Shown here one piece after another: positions 37,639 to 52,400 of a DNA stretch of 64,000 bases. The position numbers and the translations under genes were made by a program. The stretch's first letter is position 1. Every line of letters begins with the position of its first letter. Source of the DNA: a virus. The stretch is from the IMG/VR virus record IMGVR_UViG_3300021079_000001, positions 1 to 64,000 of that record, one strand, 5' to 3'. The notes under the pieces are model-generated. The model did no database searches. It saw only the letters and a program-made list of their open reading frames with translations, and was not told the DNA's origin.

Positions 37639-40434
37639 ATGAGTTCATATCTATCCCAACCACGTCAGTATAATGCATATGTTCCCGAAATCAACTCGGA
37701 AATGTATGGTAAATTACTTGAACAGAAAAAAGAAGCCTACGATAAAGGTGTACAGAAAATCGATAATACTATCACACAGGTAGCTTCATTACCAGTATAC
37801 AGGGAAGATGATAAAAAGCATCTACGAGATCTTGTAGAAGGGATAACAACTGAACTTAACCAGCAACATGGAGCAGACTGGAGTGACCAGCATCTCAATA
37901 ACCTAACTACCAGGCACATATCAGCTATTGCTAATGATCCTAGAGTACAAAGTAATGTCGCATCTACAATGCAAGCTAAGTCATACATGCAAAAGATGAA
38001 AGACGACTATGAAACTAATGGAAATAAGGCTGTATATAACCAGAAGGATGGAGAAGCAGAGATACAAAGTTGGTTACAGAACCCTGATGGTATGGCAAAG
38101 TTTAATCAGGACTATTTTGGTTATCATGATCCTGTTGGAGACTTTGGTAAATTCTTTAAAGACAAAAAACCTAATAGTAGAATATCTGTACAATATGCAG
38201 GTAATCATTATGATCAGAATGGTAATGTCATGAAAGATGCTAAAGGGAGGGCTATCATGGATACTAAATTAGCTGCACAAACATGGGAAGCTAAGATAGA
38301 GAAATGGAAGGAAATATCCCCCATAGAAGTACAACAAGAGTGGCAGGAATTCATAAAGACCAATCCAGCATATCAAAAACAATTAGAGATAAATGCCAAG
38401 TATACAACAACTTCTCCCCAAGAAGTTCTTAGTCTAGCTGTAAAGACAAAGACTAATGAAATACAAACACAGCAACGAGCTGTACAAGAAGCTAATCTAC
38501 AAATGGGATTACTTCCTGCTGGTGATCCTAATAGAGAGTCTCTTCAAAAAGATATAAACTACTATACTGCTAAGTTAGAAGATAATAAGAAGTTATTAGA
38601 TCCTAGCTTCCTGGAGAAAAAGAGAAGAGAGTTTGAAACTGATCCGTCAAGTATGGATAAGTTTAAGTACTCAGTATATGTAGATAGCCTAAATGATATG
38701 ATTGCCAGGAGATATTCATACGTAGAGGACCATGATGTGAAACTAGAAGGTATGTCTCCGGAACAAAGAAAGGATAAGAATGAGACACTGGAACAGGGAC
38801 GACAAAGGATAGCTATAGAACAGGAAAGATTGAAAATAGCAGAAAGACATGAACGACTATGGGAGTCTGCTGCTGCTGCTAAACAAAAAAAAGCAGAAGG
38901 TTTAGACCATGCCAGTGAATATGGGGCTAATACTAAAACAAAAGATAATGCTACAGAATTTACAAATCAAAAAGATGAAAAAGCATTGAATATAGTTAAT
39001 TCAACTAACGACTACATGTTCAACACATGGGGTAGAAAATATGCAGATGCTTTTGATGTAGATGAGAATAATAAACCACATCTTAAATCAGTAATACCTA
39101 GTCCTAAAACAGATAAAGAGAAGGAGATAAATGATGCTATATTCAATGTACAGGAATTATATAATCAACAGAAAGATGCATTCTCAGGTAAGACTAAATT
39201 GCAACTAGGACCTGTTACAAAAAACCATTTTAACAGTATTAGTATGCAAGACAGACTAGTAGATGCTATGGGTAATGTGTTAAAACAAGGTCAGGATGCA
39301 TTTACAAAAACTCCTGAATATCTGGATCAACAGCGTGGTATAAATGCAATTGCTGATCATGCTAATGAATTTGCCAGTGCGTATGGGTTTAATGGTACAA
39401 CTGTAAGGAAATTTGCATTAACTCTGAAGAATCTAAAGAAAGATAACCCTGTAGAGGCTAATAACTTTATAAATAGAGTTTTAAATAAAGGTACGGATAG
39501 TCTCAATCTCTGGGCGAGTAATCAACCTACTTCTGGTGAGATGATAGTAGTTAAGAAGTTGTCTCAAAATCTATTAGGTATTAGTAATCCATCATCTGCC
39601 GATATACAAAAATTAAAAGGAATGATAGGATCAATATACTCTATAGATAAGCTATTGAAAGGTACTGGTGCTGAAAGTCCATTAGATGTATACAATAAAG
39701 GGCTGGATAAGGAAAATAGCTTCATGGGTAATTACTTAACTGCTAATAATTACTTGGTTAACCAACAGTATATACCATGGTTAATTACTGAGAAATCAGG
39801 TAAGGAAGTAAGACCATCTGATGATTTAATAGTTCCTTTACTACATGGTGTACCTTCTAAGTTACTGCAGAGTAAAGAAGCACAAGGCGTAGGATTTGTA
39901 CAGGATGTAGGTACCGGGCAATTCAAAATGGTAATAAAAGGCTCTAAAGGAAAAGATGAAGAATTTCCTATAACCAGACAAGAGGCTATAGATAATGGAG
40001 CATCTGACTTACAGACTGAAGATGAATTAAGCCAATTAATAAGAATTAATAAAAACAGGACAGGTGGCACATCATCTACTACCAGTAAAGATTGGGACGA
40101 CAGATCATTTTCAGATGCAGTACCTCTTACTGAGAAAGTGCTTAATGGTTCTCTGCAGGATATAAGGTATCATGTTAAACAGGAGAGTGGGCAATATTAC
40201 ATGGAACTCTGGGTAAAAGATCCTAATAATGAAAATGATAAAGGGCATCCTTATATAGATCCTGCAACTAAACAGATACTAACCGCTACTAATTCAAGCC
40301 TAACTAATATCAGAATATCTCTTAATAACTTCGCAAGAGGCAATTCACTTGCTGTACCTGCACAGTATTATGACTTTAATGACCGTTCTTATATGAGTTC
40401 AGATCAAAATCAAGATAATAATGCCGGACAATAA
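37639..40434 (+). CDS. virion cargo (ejection) protein, 931 aa
   Basis: N-terminal 'YNAYVPE..GKLLEQKKEAYD' pattern of the cargo gene preceding vRNAP in crAss-like phages; synteny. Confidence 0.7.
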   Translation: MSSYLSQPRQYNAYVPEINSEMYGKLLEQKKEAYDKGVQKIDNTITQVASLPVYREDDKKHLRDLVEGITTELNQQHGADWSDQHLNNLTTRHISAIANDPRVQSNVASTMQAKSYMQKMKDDYETNGNKAVYNQKDGEAEIQSWLQNPDGMAKFNQDYFGYHDPVGDFGKFFKDKKPNSRISVQYAGNHYDQNGNVMKDAKGRAIMDTKLAAQTWEAKIEKWKEISPIEVQQEWQEFIKTNPAYQKQLEINAKYTTTSPQEVLSLAVKTKTNEIQTQQRAVQEANLQMGLLPAGDPNRESLQKDINYYTAKLEDNKKLLDPSFLEKKRREFETDPSSMDKFKYSVYVDSLNDMIARRYSYVEDHDVKLEGMSPEQRKDKNETLEQGRQRIAIEQERLKIAERHERLWESAAAAKQKKAEGLDHASEYGANTKTKDNATEFTNQKDEKALNIVNSTNDYMFNTWGRKYADAFDVDENNKPHLKSVIPSPKTDKEKEINDAIFNVQELYNQQKDAFSGKTKLQLGPVTKNHFNSISMQDRLVDAMGNVLKQGQDAFTKTPEYLDQQRGINAIADHANEFASAYGFNGTTVRKFALTLKNLKKDNPVEANNFINRVLNKGTDSLNLWASNQPTSGEMIVVKKLSQNLLGISNPSSADIQKLKGMIGSIYSIDKLLKGTGAESPLDVYNKGLDKENSFMGNYLTANNYLVNQQYIPWLITEKSGKEVRPSDDLIVPLLHGVPSKLLQSKEAQGVGFVQDVGTGQFKMVIKGSKGKDEEFPITRQEAIDNGASDLQTEDELSQLIRINKNRTGGTSSTTSKDWDDRSFSDAVPLTEKVLNGSLQDIRYHVKQESGQYYMELWVKDPNNENDKGHPYIDPATKQILTATNSSLTNIRISLNNFARGNSLAVPAQYYDFNDRSYMSSDQNQDNNAGQ

Positions 40435-43400
40435 CACAACTATACCAAGCACTGACCGTGGAATGAATGACAGGTCTTTAGATATTAATACAAGTTTGGC
40501 ACAGACTCAATCCGCATTTGAACAAGCAACCCAAGTGCATGAGATGCTACCTGTAGTAACACCAGGATTAGCTAAAGCACAAGCACCTAGTGGTGGAAGG
40601 AAAAGAGATGAGATGTATGATGCTTTTAAAGGGCTTACAGATCAAGTAGATAATGCTACAGCAAGACACCCTGAAGACAATTCGTATATATCTAAAGTGG
40701 ACCTACCTAAAGACTACGATAGATACCCTGTATACTATCAAGGTCTTAATAATGAAGATAGAGAAGGTAAACGACAAGGTACTCTGGAGAAATTAGGATA
40801 TGGTCTTGCTAGAGGATTAAATTCTGCCGGTAAAGTATTTGCTGATAATACAATAGGGCTTGTTGCCAACACAGCATCTTGGTTATCTGGAGGAGGTTTT
40901 ATTGACACTGATTGGAATAAAATGTCTAAAGCATGGGGAGACTCTGTAGAGAAATCTACTCCATTATACATAACAGATGCTGAAAAAAATAAGAATTGGT
41001 ATGACCCTACAGGATGGATAACAGGAAACCATATAGCAGGTCTCATGGAAAATATGGGCTTTGTGGCAGGGATGGCAGGTTCTATGTATGCATTTGGAGG
41101 ACTTGGGAATGCTGCTGAAGGTATTAGTGTAGGTAAGACATCTCTGCAACTGGGAGAAGTTGAAACAACTCTTGGAGCTCGTCTATCTGGTAATGTTGCT
41201 TATAAAGAAGGTGTAGCTAATTTGGCTAAAATTAATTCTGTAATAGGAGATGTACCTGAAGGAAGTAAATGGGCAGCTCAGATAACAGAAGAAATTAATG
41301 GTGCTAAAACTGCACAAGATGTTGTAAAGGTAACTAAGAAGTGGAAAGATCTGGCAGAAACGTATTCTACTCAAGCTAAATTATATGGACAAGGTAAGAA
41401 TGCATTGATAACAGCTACTGCTAATTTGGGTATGGCAAGTGGTATGGGGTATGATGCTAATTTGAACTTTACCCAGAAAATGTATGATGAGATACGCACT
41501 AAAGAGAATAGAGAACCATCTGCTGAAGAAAAAGCTAAGATAAAAGAGTTGGCAGGAACTGTAGGTACAGTCACTACAGTACTGACTACATTAGCATCTA
41601 TGGTATCCTTTGGTGGTGTATTCAAAGGGTTATTGAATAAAGAAGGTACGGAAGTTGCACTCAGAGAGTCTATTGATGATATAATGATTAAAGGTGAGAA
41701 GGGGCAGCTATCAATGAAAGGTACACCTCATCTGGGAGAGACAGTCTATGAACCTTATAAATTCTCACCTACTGCTACTAGTAAGATTGGTCAATTTGGA
41801 CAGAAAGCCTGGGATGTTACTAAAAGAATAAGCGGAAAAGCTGGTACATTTATAGACCCTTGGGCAGGTGCAGGTATGGTAGAGTTTTCTACTATCTCAC
41901 CTACTGTAGAAAACTACTATGGTAAGAAATACATGACAGGTGAAGAAGATGTAGCTGGAGCAATAGGTAGCACTTTTAAAGATATGAGTATCAAGGATTT
42001 ATTGGGAACATTTGTAACCGGTATGCTGGCCCCTATGCCATTTGAAATAGCAGGTAAGTTAAGAGAAACTAAAGCTACAAAAGATAATACATCGGCTGCT
42101 GCAAAGGCATTTACTGATAACTATATGGGTGGTTATTTACATATGCTACAAGGCAGTATTAGCAGAGGTAAAGTAATATCCAGGGATATAGTAGAAAAAG
42201 AAAGAGTTGGAGATAAAGAAGGTGCCAATAATAGCAGAAGGGAGCAATGGGAAAGTTATTTATATCCTAGAATACGTCATGGTCAGAAATGGTTAGTTGA
42301 TCAAGATATACAGGGGTATCGTGAAGAAGTATCTACTGAAGAAGGTATACGTAGACTACAGGCCAAAGGAGAATTTCCTAAAGGGGATAATTTGTTGGAA
42401 CTGAAGGATAACTTCCTGGCACACTTGGATGAAATGAAGAAACAAGCAGATGCTGCTGAGAGTTATTATAAGGCTATTACACTGGAGTATGGTGGGTATA
42501 CAGATGCTGCAGGTAAAAGAATATTCAATGATGAGCATGTAGAGAAAATGATGTATCTCTCTGGCATGACAGATTACTCATCTGAAAGAATAGATAAAAT
42601 AGCTGGAGAACTTAGAACATCTGATGTATTAACCAGTTTATATAATGGTGCTGATAAAGACCTGAATAAGTTAATACTGGCACTTAGTAAACCGACAATA
42701 GATCCAGCAGTTGTTCGTGTAAAAGATATAGAAAGCAGTGCAAGAAGTATTGCTGATAAGTTATTCAAAGCTATTGCAGATAAGGTAAAAGATAATACAT
42801 TACCTATAGATAAAGCTAAAGAACTTAGAACTAAATTAGCTAATATAATAAGGTTCCAGGCAGATAAGAGTAACTATATCAGTGAGTATAAGAATATTAT
42901 TAATAACCCTGAAGCTCATACGGATAACATTAAAGAACAGTTAGTACCATCATCTACATCTGGTACTCCACAAGCAGCAGGAGAAACTAATGTTATCAAA
43001 GGTCCTACTATCAAGTTAATACATGGTAACAGTGTAAAAGATGACAAAGGAAAGACTGTACCCTCTGATATAGAAGTAGGTAAAGAGTACAGTGCAGGTA
43101 TGAAGATGGTACCAGCTAGTTACAAAGGGCATATAGGTAGTGTGGGGGAATTTGCACAATTTACAGTAGTAGGTGAACATTATAGAAAAGTGGAAGGACA
43201 AGTATACAGAGCAGGTCAGCCAGATATATCTCCTACACCATTACTTAATCCTGCAGGAGACCCTGTTATGAAAGGTCGTCATATAGATATCCAATATAAA
43301 CAAGGAGATTCTATATTACAAAAAGCAGTAAAAGCGGAACAGTTTGCTCAGTATAAACTGGTAAAAGTAGAAGACCTTGACAAGAATACCAACCTTAGTT

Positions 43401-46400
43401 GGTATATGAGAAATTATAAGAAAGGTGTGACTTTTCAATTTCAACATAATAACGACCTTGCTCGAAAAGAGGGATTTATTAAATACAACCCAGAAACCAA
43501 AGGGTTGGAGTTTGAGTATATAGGACCGGATGGAAAACCATTACGGAGACCTATAGATGCTAAAGATTTTAAACCAACACTAGATAAGGATGGTAATGTT
43601 CTGCATGAAGCCAGGATAAAATCTACAGGATTCAGTGTTCAGGAAATCCTCAGTAAGGAAGAGTATGAGAAAATGAAAAAGGATCAGGAAAGAAATGATC
43701 CTAATGGTCAGAAACGTGCACAGGCATTACTTACAATAGTCGGTGATCAATGGAGAGAAGCTGATAACAAATTAAGAGAAATCAATGAGAATATAGCAGA
43801 GCATGAAGAGTACTTAAAGTTAGAGAAAGAATATCTGGATAAATGGCAAGAAAGCATTAAGGGTGAGAAAACTTCCTCAAAGAAAATACAGACTGTACTA
43901 GGAAAGATTAGAGTAGCTAATGAAGAATACGATAAACTACAGGAGCATCTGGAGTCTATGTATGAACAGCGTGATGATCTTAAAGGCCAGTTAGAGTACT
44001 TGCAAGGAACATTGCGTGATATAGAAGATCTCGGTCTTGGTAAAGAAGTAATGGATAAGATACAAGAGTCTCAGGATAGTATGAAAGAGATGATTGGCCA
44101 TAATGAACTTGCCACAACTGCTTTAGAAACTGCTGTAGGAAAACTAAAGGATTTTATAAGTAAGTTATATAGTACAATTGCTAATAAAATAAAGAGGTTT
44201 ACTCGTGAATATATTAATGCTCCTGATAATGCCACTAGAGAACTGAGGGCTATTATGGTAGCATCTAAAGAAGCTATTGAAGAACAATCATATGAGCAAG
44301 GTGGCAGAAGAGAAGAAGACAAAGCTCTTCAGATGATTGACTGGTTTGAAAAATATCCAGATTATTTTAAAGACCGGGAAGAAATAGAAGGTGAAAGTTC
44401 TAAAGTAGATCTAACTGAACAGGAAATAAAAGACCTGCAGGATAAAATAGCTGAAGTACAAGCAGAGACTAAAAACTTCAGATCTCAGTTGAAAGCAAGT
44501 GAGAAACTGTTAAGTACTCTTAAAGAAAAGTGGGATGCTTGGATGAAAGAAGATGAAGTCAACAAGTTATTCAAAAGAGCATCAACCAGTGGTAATGTAG
44601 CTAATTCTATAGATTCTTTTCAATCCAGAATGAATGCTGGTATACAAGGTTCTGTAGAAGGTACCACCCAGGAACTACAAGAACAAAAGCATCCAGAGGT
44701 TACTGTATTCCAGACTAAACCCTCTGTAGAAAATTATGCATCTACAGTAGTTATACATGAAGATAGTGCGTTTCCAGATAGCCCTTTATTTACTGGTTAT
44801 GTAGGAAATGAGAATGTGTATCACACACTTACTGTAGATGGAGAACAGATACCCTGGTGGAAAAGAGAAGCGTCTTTATTCAATAAAGTATCCCAAGGTC
44901 ATCAACCTGAAGGTACTACAGGCACTGTAAAGGCTGTTCCTATACATGTAGGAAACCAAGAAGCTAGTGGGTATACAGGCTTTTTACCTGACTCTTATGA
45001 GTATGCTGGAGAAACTATACAGAACTCAGATGCAAAGAGAGGTACATTAGCAGTACTGTATGTGTATGAAGATGCAAATGATAGTAATGTATATTGGACG
45101 GTAGACAAAGAAGGTAATAAATTACGTAAAGTAGATGAAGTACCTACAGATGAAACAGAAAAACAAGAGTATTATAATAACCTAACATACGGTATATTAA
45201 GAAGTGGTGAACTGGAAGGTATCACTGAGTCTGCTAAAGGAAGAGATGCCGGTAAGAAGTTTAATGATGTACCATCTGATCCTGCAGAAAAGGCTCGTCT
45301 TCAGTTAATAATAGATGACTTCCGTGAAGGGCTTATGAAGAGGGATAATATATGGCCAGTTCTTGATGGCAATTTATCCCAGGGAATATTGAAGATAAGT
45401 AAAGACCAGAACGGTAAGACTGTTATCAGAAATCATTCAGTAGCAGATGCTGGTGTAATAACTACTGAACAACTTAGCATTCCTGGTACACTAGAAGTAG
45501 CTGTCAACCCAGATGCTGTTAGCCCTAAGATGGGTATACTATCTACAGGTAGCAGAGGGTTCTTAGGTCGTACATACATTAATACAGCTACAGGTAGTTA
45601 CATGGTTAATACCCGTAGAATACAGCCACATGAAGCACCTAATCTATTCAAGTTAATACAGAAGGTTGCTAAAGGGATGTATGATGCTTTTAACAAGGCT
45701 GCAGGTGATACAGGAAAAGAAAAAACAGCATTAACCACATATACAAATTCTGCAGAGGCAAAAGAGATACAACAATTCTTAGGTGATATGTTGTACTATA
45801 AAGCTCCTGCCAAAGGTACTTCCGGAGAACGTGGTATGATATACTTTGGCCAACATGCTGAAGTAAATGAGAGTGGTAACCAGGTACTTGTAAGAGGATT
45901 ATATATACATGGAGTAGACGATAAGGTCAATTTCTATCCAATTGCTGATTTACTAACTAATGAAGATGCTCGTATAAGAATAGAAGCTCTTATAGGTGGT
46001 ATAGAAGATGGTCAGCCTGGGTTATTCCACAATGTTAATAATGTAACATTAAAGAACCCTCTGGAAGCATGGAACCATTTAACAGTTAATGAAGATGGCA
46101 CCTTGTCCAGAGAGAAGTGGTCTAACTATCAACATTATCTACTATCTGGAGAACGTCCAGATGGTACTAAAAGAAAGACAGGTATAGGTGGTGATATACC
46201 TGTATCTACAAATGCTATTAAACCACAGGGTATAGAGAGCCCTATAGTAGGTAGAATGTTTAAAGTTAGACATACTGATCCTGCACATGAGTATAAAGCA
46301 CCAGAAAAGAAAGCACCTGAAAAAGCACCAGTCTCAGCACCACCATTACCATCTTTATCTGGAGATGTAAAAGAGGAACCTATTAAGATACAAGTAGCAG

Positions 46401-49400
46401 GTAAAGATAAATATGTACGTATAGGAGGAGACCCACAGGAACTCATAATGGCAGATGTTGTCAAGGATGGTGAGGTTATACCTGGTTCTAAAGTAGATGT
46501 TAAGGTATACAGAGGTGCTGATAATAAAATAGTTGTAGAACCTATTGCTATAAATGGTGAACGTGTACCAGAAGATCTTATAGCAATAAAAGCTACAACT
46601 AATGTATGGCAAGACCGACTTAATGCTAATGATAAGGCACCTATTGCTAAACAACCTACTACATCTGCAGTTATTAAGATTGATATAGCTGGAGAACTTA
46701 CTGATGTAAAAGTACAAGATGCTGTACAGTTCTTTCCAACGAAAGATACTGTAAGAGATGGAGAGACTATAAAAGGTGTTTCAGTAGGAGTTAAAGTATC
46801 AAGAGGTGTTGATGGTAAGATAATAGTAGATCCTGTATCTATTGATGGTGAATCCGTTCCAGAAGATTTAGCAGCAATTAGAGCTACTACAAATGTATGG
46901 CAAAGCAGATTACAAGATAAAGATGCAACTGCTGTAACACCGACACCTGTCACTAGTACACCTGTATCAGATATAGATGCTAAAAAAGCTGAGATAGAAA
47001 AAAGAAAACAAGAAGAATTAGCTATAGTTCCTACAAATAATAATAAAGATGTTTCTACATTTGTTTCTGGATTTAGAAATACTTTTGATAAATTAATGGA
47101 TAAATTAAATATAGATAAAAGTGATAAAACAAGTAGAGCTAAGATTAATGAAGTTTTTAGAAGATATGGTTATGGAACTACAGATGAAATAGATGAGAAT
47201 AAAGCAAATCAACTATATAAAGATTATGCTAAAAAAATACATCCTGATAAATTTCAAGATGAAAATATTAAAAATATTGCAACTGAGTTTATATCACAAT
47301 TAAATGAAGCTAAAAAAGAAGGTAATGTAACAGCTTTAAATAATATTTATAGATTATTTATAGAAGAAAAATATAATGCAGAACTAGCAGCATTAGATAA
47401 AGAAGAAGCAGGTACTACGGAAGAAGCTAAGAGAGGTGATATAGAAAAGTATAAAAAGCTAAAGGTAGAACTTACAGGACAAGGTAAAACTTTTGAGATA
47501 GAAGTTATAGGGGATAAAAGACCATTTTTACTCACTGTAGATATAGGAACTGGAAGGTTTACTCTTTGGGGAGATAAACAACCTGACGGAACATATAGAA
47601 CTACACAAGATCTCCCCTCTGCTGAGGATGTACAAAAACTTGTAGATAAGTATATACCAAAGGAGTTATCAGATGCCCTGACAAAATGGAGTCAGGAGAG
47701 AAACTCTGGTTCTTTAGAAACAAGACTTGATAGAGCAGATGTAGCAGAACAAGAAGTACTGAAACTTACAAAAAAACCTATAACTACAAATAGCTATGTA
47801 CCACCATCTGCACCATTTCCTGATGCTAATCTGAGGACTATACAACCAGGTGAAGTAGCTGTACAAGATGCTGCTAAGAAAGAACAACTTGGGCAATTCC
47901 TAAAAAGAGCATTACCACAACTTACTCTTCAGGAAAGTGATGATATTATCAGATTAGCAGGTAGACCTGAAGCATGGGGAATGACTAAAGGTAACCTCAT
48001 TACACTTTATAAAAGTGCTCCTGAAGTAGCAGGATATCATGAATCATTCCATCCGGTTATAGATCTTCTTGCTACAAACAGAGAGAAGAAGGATATGTAT
48101 AATGAGTTTAGAAATAGGAAGGGTGGTTTCTATGATTTGGAAAGTAGTAAGATGATCAGATATAAAGATGCTACTGATTTCCAGATTAATGACCAACTAT
48201 CTGAAGAGTTTGGAAAATTCAAAGTCACTGGGCAGTTGATGGATGTAGCACCTATGAAGAAGAATTTCTTCCAGAGGCTGTGGAATGCATTGAAAGCATT
48301 ATTCCATACACCTACTACTATACATGATATATTCCAGGCAGTAGAAAAAGGAGAGTTTGCTACAAGAGAACTTAGAGAATATAAAGGGACAGAAAACTTA
48401 TCAGCTATCAGGAGTCTGCAGGAGAAGGGTATATCAATGCAGACTATTAATACTACAGTAAGAGGTGTAGTGGGAATGGTAGGTGCCAGACTTAGGACAG
48501 AACCGGGTATATGGCAAAAGCTAAGGAAGGGTGAAATGACTGAAGATGATCTACTTAATCCTATAAAGGAAGAGCTTATCCGTACCAATTGGCATGATGT
48601 AGTTACTAACTGGGAAGATTTCCGTAAAGAGATCATAACTGTACTACATGCTAATGGTCTAAAATCAACTAAGGGTAAATTAGTAAAGGATGGTATCAAA
48701 AGCTCTGAAGATATTAAAGAGACGAGAGGGGAAGATGCTAACAACAAAGATTATGCTGTAGATAAATTAATGCTGGATTCTAAAGTTAATGCTGCAGCCG
48801 AAATAAGAGCGTTATACAATTTTAATATACACGCACAGTTTCCTCAAGATAGAAGGCATTCAAAGAGTAATAAACCATTACAGGAATATAATCCTGATAT
48901 GGAGTTACCACCAGCTATAAGAGAAACTAATGGTATGCCAAAAATGGTAGGAGATAATAAAGACTGGTATCTCACCATGTCAGCATTAGCTAATACTACA
49001 GGTCTGGAGAATATTAAAAAGAAGTTCAGAGAATTAGCTGCACAGAACCCTAATTTGGTACGTATATACAAAGCTGTATTCGGAGAAGAAGGGGCTCAGA
49101 TGACCATTGATCAGATCAAGTTGCAGAACTTATTTATAAAGACATTCAACAAGCAGAATATCAATGATATGATGACTGTTATTGAAGAGAATGGGAATGT
49201 CTTTGGTAATAATATTAATAAAAATGCTGCTGCTAGACAGAAAATAGGAGAGTTCTTATCTAATATCAGGGGAATGTACAATCCTGCCAAACCAAGTGAA
49301 AGTATTGTAGCAATAGATCGGTATGGTAATTACACTTTCAAAAAAGGCAGTGAACCTAAGTTATCTATAACTACTAATGCAGCACAAAATGAACGTAATG

Positions 49401-52400
49401 CTCTGCAGTTTCTAAAGAATATAGGATTTGAATTTCCTGAAAGTATATTCAAACGGTTAAAGAACCAGTCAGATAAAGAGAAAGTAGTAGGAGTTGCCAG
49501 TAAGATAGCAGGATTACTTCCTAAAATCTCCACTAAAGGCGGTGTATTCACTATGGAGTCTATGGATATACAAGGTCCTATTAATGAACTAGCCCGATTA
49601 TATGTAAAAGCTGCAGGTGATGATAAGTCTACTAACTACAGTAACATTAACAGTGAGTCTCAAAGTGCTTATACGGATTACAATAAAATAGCTGAAGTAG
49701 CTATTACTATTAACCAAGTTGGACATTGGGATCAATTACCTGATCACTACAAGACTGACCCATGGTGTCAAGAGTCTCAGTTAATGTCTAAAGGTGGTTT
49801 ATTGTTTCATGAAGATGGTAAGAAAAGAGATAATATGGATATTGTCCCTACTATTACCAGTGGCTTAAAAGTGGGTAACCGGGTAGTGACCAATGACCGG
49901 ATGAATATGGGTACACGTTTAGTACAAGGTATCAATATGAATGCTGAAGGTGTATTCTACAATATACTAAATGCAGATGCTAAAACTGAGTGGGGTCTAA
50001 ATATAGGTAATGGTAAGATGTATATATCTCCATCTACATATAGGATAAAGGCCGATAGAAATAAAAAAGTTAGCAAAATATTCAATGGTTACTTAAAAGC
50101 AGAGATAGAGACTATTAAAGATTTTGATAACCGTAGTCAATTCTCACAACTGAATAAGAAAGTAGGAGATACTGTTATAGGTAAACAGTTACGGTTCTTT
50201 AAGGATATGCTCCCTGAAGATATGGTCAAGAAGATAGAAGACTATGCTAACAGTGATAGTCCTATATCTACTTCCCAATTTGTAGAGTCTTTACCTGGTC
50301 TACAGGATGCTATAGAAGCACATATAGAAAAGCTGGTAAAATCCCAAAAAGAAGAACTGATAAAAGAAGGTGTTATAACTAACCACGAAAGTGGTATGTA
50401 TAACTTCTATGGGCTATCTTCAGATCATGTAGATAAAGAACTGCAGCTAGGTAAGAAACAAACAGAGGATGGTGTTACTGAAAGATTGTATAGTTCTGAA
50501 AACATTGATGATATCATTAGATTCAGAACACTTAACTACATGATTCATAATACTGAATTATTTAAAATGGTAGGAGGAGATCCTGGTATATGGACAGATA
50601 TAGCTAAAAGGTTTAAGTTATTCCAATCTGTTAAAGAGTTTACAGCTAATGGTACTAATACCGGCAGTTTAAGAGGAGTACAGGCAGACCATTACAACAA
50701 GGTGGGTGAACATCAGTTATTACCCGGACAAGCTGGATACACAGACTTTTCTGATACTTTGTATATACTTACTTATGCTGATGAGAAGAACATGCAGTCC
50801 TACAACCATGAACAACTTAATAAAGTTGCCGGTAGTGAGGAATACTCTAGCATGATTATCAACGATGGTCAATCTTATTTATCTCCTACAGCATATAGAC
50901 AACAGGGTATACGTAATGGTACATGGGATAATATTCCAGGGCAAGAAGATGCCTATCAGTATGATATGGCCAAATTCAGGCAAGATGCTGATAAAAGGTA
51001 TAAAGCAGGAGAAAGTAAGTTTGAAGGATTTCAATATACAGATGATGCTGCAGGTAAGTCATTGAGAACTGCAGATGAAAAATTAGTACAGAAAGGTGAC
51101 CCCGATATATATGGTTCTACATATATCAAGAAACCTATGGCTATAGGCAACTACGCATTAACTGATAGATTAACACCATACGCCATTAAGACCTCTTCAT
51201 TGGGACTTACCTGGGGTCTTGTAGAAGGTAAAATGCTAGAAGATAAATTCCTTTATATGTTAAAGGAAAATATAGGACATATGGGTTCTATTTCACAGTT
51301 GAAAATAGGTGGTCTTGTAGATCCACCTAGCCTATATAACAAGGAAGGTAAGTTTGGATTAACAGAGATGGATGCAAAGGCCCACAGGATGCCAATATCA
51401 TGGAGTGACTGGGGTATTATATCTGAAACAGCTGGTGAACACCATGAAGTAAGTATGGTAAGTCAAGCTAATAAACTGATTACACAGACATTATTCAGCA
51501 ATTCTACACCAGTCACTTTTAAAGGTACACCTGAAGATTGGTCAAGATTACCTGAAAATAAAAAACTAGAGAATGAACAATATCGTCAATATAAAGAGAT
51601 TAATAGTTCATTAAGTGCTTTATCTAAGAAAGGTGAAGAGGAGATAATGCATATAGCCGGACTAGTACAAGTAGCTGGAGGTTATAAGGTAGAACAACTG
51701 GGTAATATTGTTACATATATATCAGGTGAAGTAGCCAGAAGAGAACAAGCTGCTAATATTAAAGACGGGTTAGATGTAGAATATGATGAGAATACCGAGA
51801 CTGAAAAACTATTGAATCCTATAGAGTCATTGCCCAACTTCTCTCAGGTAAAGAATATTATCAATTCTCTAATAGATAAAAAGATAACCAGAAGAAAAGT
51901 TAATGGTGGCCAGAAAATAATAGTATCTGTAGTAGGATTTGAAAATAACGAAGATGGTATACGTAGAGATAAAGATACAGGTAAACTTATAGCAGACAGA
52001 TTAACATTCCATGAGTTAGTAGAAAATGGTAAAAAGGTTACCAGGATGCAGGTATTTATGCCAAACTTTATGAAGGCTAAGTTAGAAAAGAACTGGGCTG
52101 AAAAAGGTATAACACCACCATCTAAGAAGGCATTATTTAAATATCTGAGTTCTAAAGAAGGTAATGAATTATTAGTAGGTCTCGGTTTTCGTATACCTGT
52201 AGAAGGATTGAACTTCATGTCATCTTTTGAAATAGTTCCATTCCGAGAAGAAAATATTATTAAAGGTATAGAAGGTGAAATGTTTATGCCTTCTTCATAC
52301 GGAGATGCTATAGTAGTACCTGCAGAAATGTCTACTAAGGATAGCTCTGACTTTGACGTGGATAAGATATCTACATATCTACCTAATTTTTATACAGATG

